Origin: Anaerohalosphaeraceae bacterium
GTDB taxonomy: Bacteria > Planctomycetota > Phycisphaerae > Sedimentisphaerales > Anaerohalosphaeraceae
Direction of reading: 5' to 3'
NCBI GenBank assembly: GCA_050309605.1
Contig: JBNRMN010000033.1
Location: forward strand, 257,460-321,459
Length of the DNA stretch: 64,000 bases
The notes under the pieces were generated by a model, which did not search any database, was not told the DNA's origin, and was given only the letters and a program-made list of their open reading frames with translations. Below, in pieces: positions 58,299 through 64,000 of the stretch. Numbering within the stretch: position 1 is the stretch's first letter; every line of letters begins with the position of its first letter. Made by a program: the position numbers and the translations under genes.

Positions 58299-59155
58299 CC
58301 GCCGGCGCGTCGATCAGTCTATCGGACGTGGCGATCACACGCTCTCGGCGGCGGATCCTTGACATCGACCGGCTGGAGATCGACGCCGGACAATTGATCA
58401 ATCTCATCGGCCCCAACGGCGCCGGCAAAACCACACTATTGAACGTCTGCTGCGGGCTGATGCGGCCGGATACGGGCGTTGTCCGCTTAGACGGCGCTGC
58501 GCTGAACACCCTCAGCGCCTGGAGCAAAAGCCGTCTTCGCAAGCGCATCGGCTATATTCCCCAGCGCGCCGACTACAACGCCGACTTGCCGTTTACGGTG
58601 CGCGAAGTCGCCGTGATGGGACGAACCGCCCGCAAGCCATTGGGTATGCCGCTCAATCGCCACGATTTTGCCGTAACCGACCACTGGCTCGAGACGCTGG
58701 GCATCGCCGACCGCCGCGGCCAGACCTTTCGAAGTCTGTCCGGCGGCCAGCAGCAAAAGGTCCTCATCGCCCGCGCGATGGCACAGGAGCCGCATTTGCT
58801 GATTCTCGACGAGCCGGTCGCCAGTTTGGATGTGAGCTGGAAATTCCAGATCATCGACCTGATCACGCGGCTGCACCGTCAACTGAGGCTGACTGTGATT
58901 TTAGTTTCGCATGAAATCCAGTCGCTGCCGCCGCACGCCGACCGGACGATTCTGCTGGACGCCGGGCGAATCGTTGCCGACGGCCCGACGCGAGATACCC
59001 TGACCTCGCCTGCGCTGGCCAGGGTCTATCAAACCCGCGTCCGTTTTGTCGAAACCGATGCGCAGCCGTATATCTATTGTCAGCCGTTGACAGAGGACAG
59101 AGGATCGATGACAGAGGACAGAACGACGAACGACGAACGACGAACGACGAACTAA
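58295..59155 (+). CDS. Metal ABC transporter ATP-binding protein
   Basis: GPNGAGKT, LSGGQQQK, LDEP, VSH. Confidence 0.93.
   Translation: MTAGASISLSDVAITRSRRRILDIDRLEIDAGQLINLIGPNGAGKTTLLNVCCGLMRPDTGVVRLDGAALNTLSAWSKSRLRKRIGYIPQRADYNADLPFTVREVAVMGRTARKPLGMPLNRHDFAVTDHWLETLGIADRRGQTFRSLSGGQQQKVLIARAMAQEPHLLILDEPVASLDVSWKFQIIDLITRLHRQLRLTVILVSHEIQSLPPHADRTILLDAGRIVADGPTRDTLTSPALARVYQTRVRFVETDAQPYIYCQPLTEDRGSMTEDRTTNDERRTTN
59089..59152 (+). repeat. Heptamer tandem repeats (GACAGAG / CGACGAA) at the ATPase 3' end
   Basis: gacagag gacagag gatcgat gacagag gacagaa cgacgaa x4. Confidence 0.85.
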
Positions 59156-59158
59156 AAA

Positions 59159-59962
59159 ATGGACGCATTTTTCTATCCTGTGTTGCTGGCCGGGGCGGTC
59201 TCCGGTGCGGCGGCGGCGTTTCTGGGCGTGTATATCGTCGGGATGCGGATGCCGTTTATCGGTACGTGCATCGCACACGCGGCGATGGCCGGAACGATCC
59301 TGGCCGTGCTGCTGGGTGTGAACCCCGCCGTCGGGGCGGTGGCGCTGTCGATGTTGACGGCGCTGTCGCTGGCGGCCATCGGCCCGCACAAGGCGCGTCT
59401 CGATACCAATGTCGGGCTGGCGATTGTCTTTTCGCTGATGCTCGGATTGACGTTTCTGGGGATGGGGCTGCTCGAAGAAGGGCGCGGCCAAATGCTGGCG
59501 ATGCTTTGGGGCAGTATTCTGTTCGTGCGCAAAAGTACCGTCGTTGTTATGACCGCGCTGGCGCTGCTGCTGGCGATCTTCGGTCTGGTGTTTAACAAGG
59601 AACTCAAGGCGCTGCTGTTCAGCCGTTCCATTGCCGCGACGACCGGCATCCATGAACGGTTTGTCTATGCGTGTTTTCTCGTCTTGTGCGGCCTGACACT
59701 GGCGCTGAATCTGGAGATGATCGGCGGTCTGATGATTTTTTCGCTCATCACCAATCCCGCCGCCGCGGCCTATCAGCTCTGCAAAGGTCACAGCACCGTC
59801 GTGGCGGTTTCCGTGCTGCTGGGGATGGTCAGCGCGGTGGGGGGGTTTTTGCTGTCGTTTTATACCAATCTACCTACCGGCGCGTGCATTGTGCTGGTCA
59901 GCACGCTGCTGTTCGCCGCCGCGGCCCTGAGCCGCCGCATTCTGCCCGGTCGGGAAGAATGA
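59159..59962 (+). CDS. Metal ABC transporter permease (ZnuB/ABC-3)
   Basis: IAHAAMAG, LWGSIL, IGGLMIFSLITNPAAAA, LPTGACIV. Confidence 0.92.
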   Translation: MDAFFYPVLLAGAVSGAAAAFLGVYIVGMRMPFIGTCIAHAAMAGTILAVLLGVNPAVGAVALSMLTALSLAAIGPHKARLDTNVGLAIVFSLMLGLTFLGMGLLEEGRGQMLAMLWGSILFVRKSTVVVMTALALLLAIFGLVFNKELKALLFSRSIAATTGIHERFVYACFLVLCGLTLALNLEMIGGLMIFSLITNPAAAAYQLCKGHSTVVAVSVLLGMVSAVGGFLLSFYTNLPTGACIVLVSTLLFAAAALSRRILPGREE

Positions 59963-59969
59963 CCGCAAA

Positions 59970-62816
59970 TCAACCGACGACGTTGGCGCAGCGAGCGCAC
60001 AAATCCGGAGAATCCGCCTGTTGTCCGACCGTCGGCCAAAAGTTCCAGCACCGGGCACATTTGGCGTGGCGGCTTTTGTCGGCCTGAACGGTCAGCGCGT
60101 CGCCGTGTTCAATCGTCACCTCACTGACAATGCACAGCGCAGCGAACGTCTCTGCGCCGATGCGTTGAACCGCCTCAAACGTCGCCTCATCGGGCGTCGT
60201 GATCTGCACGGCCGCTTCCTGATTCGAACGGATGGTCTGATCTTTGCGCAGTGCTTCGAGCACCTTGAGCACCTCGTCGCGCAGCGCCATTATTCGCTGC
60301 CACATGGCCGCATCGGCAGCCGGATTAATCGCGGCGTCCGGCTCCGGCATCGCGGCCAGATGCACCGTCTCGACCGATTCGCCCTTGACCGGCAGCGCCG
60401 CCCAGGCTTCCTCAGCCGTATGCGCCAGCACCGGCGCCAGCAGCCGAATCAGTGCATCAAGAATGTGAGCCATCGCCGTCTGGCCGCTGCGGCGAGCGGG
60501 ACTGTCGGCGGCCTCACAGTACATCCGGTCTTTGAGCACATCCATATAGATGCTGCTCATCTCCACCGTACAGAAGTTATACAGCAGCGAAAACACGCGA
60601 TGAAACAGAAAATTGTCATACGCCTCGCGCACGCGGGCGATCAGTTCCTGCAATCGGTCCATTGCCCAGCGGTCGATGATGTGCATCCGCTCATACGGCA
60701 CAGCCATCTCAGACGGAACATAATCGTTGATGTTGCTCATCAGATACCGCAGTGTGTTGCGGATCTTGCGATAGGCATCCTGCAGGCGGCCGATCAACTC
60801 GTCGCTGCACCGCATATCCTCCTGATAATTGACCGACGCGACCCACAGACGCAGAATATCGGCGCCGTATTTGTTGATTTCCTCCAGGGCGCTGACGTAA
60901 TTGCCGGCGGATTTGGACTGCTTCATTCCCTTCTCATCCACCGTAAAGCCATGCGTCAGCACCGTCTTGAACGGGGCCTGGCCGACAGACCCCAGCGCCG
61001 GCAGCAGCGAGAGCTGAAACCACCCGCGATGCTGGTCAGAGCCTTCCAGATACAAATCGACCGGCACGGGCTGACCGGCTTTGGCAATGACACTGTGCCA
61101 ACTGCAGCCGGACTCAAACCACACGTCGAAGATATTTTCTTCCTTGTGCAGATCGTCCCACGTGAACCCTTCCGGCAAAACAAAATCCTCGCCGAGGATC
61201 TCTTGAGGCGAATCGGTAAACCAACTGTCCGAGCCTTTTTGGCCGATGTGCCGGGCCGCAGCCAGCACCGACGCCTGGGTCAGCAGCGTTTCGCCCCGAC
61301 TGTTGACAAACGCCGGAATCGGCAGTCCCCACGATCGCTGTCGGCTGATGCACCAGTCCGGACGTGATTCAAGCATGCCTTGAATCCGCTTTTGGCCCCA
61401 GGCCGGAATCCATCGCACGTGCTGAATCTGCTCCAGCGCCAGGTTGCGCAGACTTTTGCCGAATCGTTCGACCGGACGATCCACACTGACAAACCACTGC
61501 TCGGTGGCGCGAAAGATCACCGGCATCTTGCTCCGCCAGCAATGCGGATAACTGTGCAGAATCTGTTCCTCATGCACCAGCAGGCCGATTTTTTTCAGGT
61601 GGGCGTTGACCTCCGGATCGACCTTCAGCACGCTCTTGCCGCCAAGCCAAGCGGGCACAGTGTCATCGTATGTGCCGTCGTCGTTGACCGGCGAATAGAT
61701 CGCCAGATCGTATTTGATCCCCGCCTGATAGTCCTCCACGCCGTGGCCGGGGGCAATGTGGACGATGCCGGTTCCGTCTTCGGTTGTAACATACTCGGCG
61801 TTGATGGCAAACCAGGCGTCCTTGTCGGTCGGATTGGTTTGGACAAACGGATGGAGATAGCGCAGACGCTCCAATTCCGCTCCGCGTTGAGGTTCGCTGA
61901 CGGTGTATTGACCGTCCTGCAGGCCGGCGGCTTTGACGACGGCTTCAAGCCGGTCCTTGGCAATGATGGAGGTGAACTTGCGGCCGCCGGTTTCATACGT
62001 CAGGCCGACATACTCCAGCGCCGGATGCAGCGCCACGGCCAGATTGGCCGCCAGCGTCCAGGGTGTCGTCGTCCAGATCATAAAGCACGCTTGCGCATCA
62101 TCGGGCGCCAGAGCCATTTGCCGCACCGCGGCCGCCGAAGCCTCGTCCAGCGGAAAATTCACATAAATACTGGCTGAGGAAATGTCTTTGTATTCCAGTT
62201 CCGCATCGGCCAGCGCCGTCTCGCAGCCAACCGACCAGTGAATGGGCTTGAGCTGCTTGTACACCAGCCCGTTACCGACCAGCTCGGCAAAGATTTCAAG
62301 AATGCCCTGCTCGTATTGCGGTTTGAGCGTCAGATACGGATGGTCGAAATCCCCGAACACGCCCAGCGACTGAAACTGTTTGGTTTGCAGCTTGACATAT
62401 TTGGAGGCGTACTTCTGGCAGGCCTTGCGGATGTCGGGTTTGCTCATTGTCTTGGCCTTTTCGCCCAACTCGGCCATCACCTTGACCTCAATCGGCAGGC
62501 CGTGGCAGTCCCAGCCCGGTACATACGGCGCACAAAACCCGCTCATCGTCTTGTACTTGACGACAAAATCCTTGAGCACCTTGTTAATCACGTGCCCCAT
62601 ATGAATGTCGCCGTTGGCATACGGCGGCCCGTCGTGCAGGACATACAGCGGCCGGCCCGCACAGGCGGCCTGAATCGTGTCGTAAATCGTCGCTTTTTCC
62701 CAGGCTTTACGCTGCTGCGGCTCGCGCTGCGTCAGATTCGCCTTCATCGCAAAACTCGTCTTCGGCAGATTCAGCGTCTCCCGATAATTCTTCACGTCTT
62801 TGTTCGTATCAGACAT
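59970..62816 (-). CDS. ileS: Isoleucine--tRNA ligase (type 1)
   Basis: LHDGPPYANG, HMGH, GWDCHGLP, WCISRQR, EGSDQHRGWF, KQSKS, C-terminal CARC..CARC zinc finger; start placed at MSDTNK. Confidence 0.97.
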   Translation of the reverse strand: MSDTNKDVKNYRETLNLPKTSFAMKANLTQREPQQRKAWEKATIYDTIQAACAGRPLYVLHDGPPYANGDIHMGHVINKVLKDFVVKYKTMSGFCAPYVPGWDCHGLPIEVKVMAELGEKAKTMSKPDIRKACQKYASKYVKLQTKQFQSLGVFGDFDHPYLTLKPQYEQGILEIFAELVGNGLVYKQLKPIHWSVGCETALADAELEYKDISSASIYVNFPLDEASAAAVRQMALAPDDAQACFMIWTTTPWTLAANLAVALHPALEYVGLTYETGGRKFTSIIAKDRLEAVVKAAGLQDGQYTVSEPQRGAELERLRYLHPFVQTNPTDKDAWFAINAEYVTTEDGTGIVHIAPGHGVEDYQAGIKYDLAIYSPVNDDGTYDDTVPAWLGGKSVLKVDPEVNAHLKKIGLLVHEEQILHSYPHCWRSKMPVIFRATEQWFVSVDRPVERFGKSLRNLALEQIQHVRWIPAWGQKRIQGMLESRPDWCISRQRSWGLPIPAFVNSRGETLLTQASVLAAARHIGQKGSDSWFTDSPQEILGEDFVLPEGFTWDDLHKEENIFDVWFESGCSWHSVIAKAGQPVPVDLYLEGSDQHRGWFQLSLLPALGSVGQAPFKTVLTHGFTVDEKGMKQSKSAGNYVSALEEINKYGADILRLWVASVNYQEDMRCSDELIGRLQDAYRKIRNTLRYLMSNINDYVPSEMAVPYERMHIIDRWAMDRLQELIARVREAYDNFLFHRVFSLLYNFCTVEMSSIYMDVLKDRMYCEAADSPARRSGQTAMAHILDALIRLLAPVLAHTAEEAWAALPVKGESVETVHLAAMPEPDAAINPAADAAMWQRIMALRDEVLKVLEALRKDQTIRSNQEAAVQITTPDEATFEAVQRIGAETFAALCIVSEVTIEHGDALTVQADKSRHAKCARCWNFWPTVGQQADSPDLCARCANVVG

Positions 62817-63013
62817 AATGTATCCCTTATTGGAAAACCAGAAATCAATATCGTAGTTTCTCTGTCCGTTTGTGTCAACCCTGCGTTCAAAAATGCGCAG
62901 TGGTAAATGTTGCAATCGACAGCCTCTGCTGAGCGTGTACAATCAGGGGCTGATGTCTGTCGGGATTCGGCAGCGGTGAACAATAGACGATGACTTTATT
63001 TAGGAGACAAACT

Positions 63014-63670
63014 ATGGCTCGAATTTTAACAATTAGTGTGCTCTGCGTATTGATTCTTGTGGGGGGGTGCCAAACCGGCAACACAAGGTCCGGAAAAGCC
63101 GACGGCTGGATCAGTCTGTTTGACGGCCAAACGCTCACTGGCTGGCGTGCCAGTGAAAACAAAGACACCTTCAGCGTTCGGGACGGTATGATTGTCGTTG
63201 ATGGGCCGCGAAGCCACCTGTTTTATACCGGTCCGGTGATGGGGGCCGATTTCAAAAATTTTGAATTCAAGGCCGATGTCCTGACCAAGCCGAAGGCCAA
63301 CTCCGGGATTTACTTCCATACCGAATACCAGGAAACCGGCTGGCCGGACAAGGGCTACGAAGTCCAGGTCAACAACAGCCATTCCGACTGGCGCCGCACG
63401 GCGGGACTGTACGCCGTTGATGACGTCCGCCAAGCCCCGGCCCGGGATGACCAGTGGTTCACGATGCATATCATCGTGCGCGGCCAGCGCATCGTCGTGA
63501 AAGTGGACGATCAGGTCATCGTCGATTATACCGAGCCGGACGGCGTCAGCGAAACGGGCTATCCCAATATGCCGGGACGCAAACTGTCCAGCGGCACGTT
63601 TGCCCTGCAGGGACACGATCCGGACAGCGTCATTTTTTACAAAAACATCAAAGTCAAACCCCTGCCGTAA
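63014..63670 (+). CDS. DUF1080 (3-keto-disaccharide hydrolase-like) lipoprotein
   Basis: VGGC lipobox, WISLFDG, ANSGIYF, GYEVQV, ALQGHD, YKNIKVK. Confidence 0.9.
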   Translation: MARILTISVLCVLILVGGCQTGNTRSGKADGWISLFDGQTLTGWRASENKDTFSVRDGMIVVDGPRSHLFYTGPVMGADFKNFEFKADVLTKPKANSGIYFHTEYQETGWPDKGYEVQVNNSHSDWRRTAGLYAVDDVRQAPARDDQWFTMHIIVRGQRIVVKVDDQVIVDYTEPDGVSETGYPNMPGRKLSSGTFALQGHDPDSVIFYKNIKVKPLP

Positions 63671-63752
63671 CAAACAAGATGGGTTGCGATAACGCCTGAT
63701 TCGCACGGATTGTCAGTTCGACTTGTCGTGCGATTATCGGTCGTCAAACAGC

Positions 63753-63795
63753 AAACGCCGAACACCCGGCCTATGAATCCGGTGGTCGGCGTTTT
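63753..63795 (+). terminator. Terminator-like hairpin abutting the IS end
   Basis: AAACGCCGA...TCGGCGTTTT. Confidence 0.55.
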
Positions 63796-64000
63796 GTAAC
63801 CGTTCACAGAATTTTTTCATAAAAATCTGAAAATGTTAAAATAGGCAACTTGTGCATTTTCACGCCCTGTGTTATAAAGAGGTGCATGGACGAAAAAGAT
63901 AAAATTATTGCTGAATTGAGACAGCAGATTGCAACGCTTCTCAAACGCATTGCGCAGTTGGAAGACGAGGTGGCTCGGCTCAAGAAGGATTCGCATAATT
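63796..64000 (+). mobile_element. Left end of an IS66-family insertion sequence (truncated by window edge)
   Basis: GTAACCGTTCAC terminal repeat-like start, abrupt AT-rich shift, downstream transposase-like ORF. Confidence 0.7.
63886..64000 (+). CDS. IS66-family transposase N-terminus (partial)
   Basis: GAGG RBS; MDEKDKIIAELRQQIATLLKRIAQLEDEVARLKKDSHN, a coiled coil leading into the N/DSxNSS motif region. Confidence 0.7.
   Translation, partial: MDEKDKIIAELRQQIATLLKRIAQLEDEVARLKKDSHN

Noticed and set aside
3784..61367. Long antisense or alternate-frame ORFs (e.g. 3784-5265, 31696-32979, 35872-37188, 47868-49145, 60021-61367)
   Set aside because: Shadow ORFs of well-supported genes, expected in GC-rich DNA with codon bias.

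Overview
GC-rich bacterial chromosomal window, probably Planctomycetota (Phycisphaerae/Sedimentisphaerales-like). This is inferred from four PEP-CTERM proteins, dockerin-like C-termini, a prepilin-type protein and the general gene repertoire. Most of the window is housekeeping or metabolic: clpX, aas, obgE, coaX, ftsK, bamD-like, lptE, ftsH, hflX, rdgB, bioA, nikR, ileS, tRNA-Ala(CGC) and tmRNA. The most notable region is 29.6-35.6 kb, a compact co-oriented phage-head module just upstream of tmRNA (portal, scaffold, DUF5309-like major capsid, putative head-completion protein, two small membrane/lipoproteins, a GNAT). I could recognise no terminase, integrase, tail or replication gene, and the module carries host-type REP and heptamer repeats, so it is a candidate domesticated capsid or GTA-like system. 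Other items worth checking are a nikR-divergent metal-uptake operon containing a dockerin-like surface protein and a pseudopilin, a candidate structured ncRNA, a small ORF behind a sigma54-like motif, a glycoside hydrolase with a large insertion, a KQSKS variant in IleRS, and the left end of an IS66-like element at the window edge. All protein calls come from recognising motifs by eye; no searches were run.
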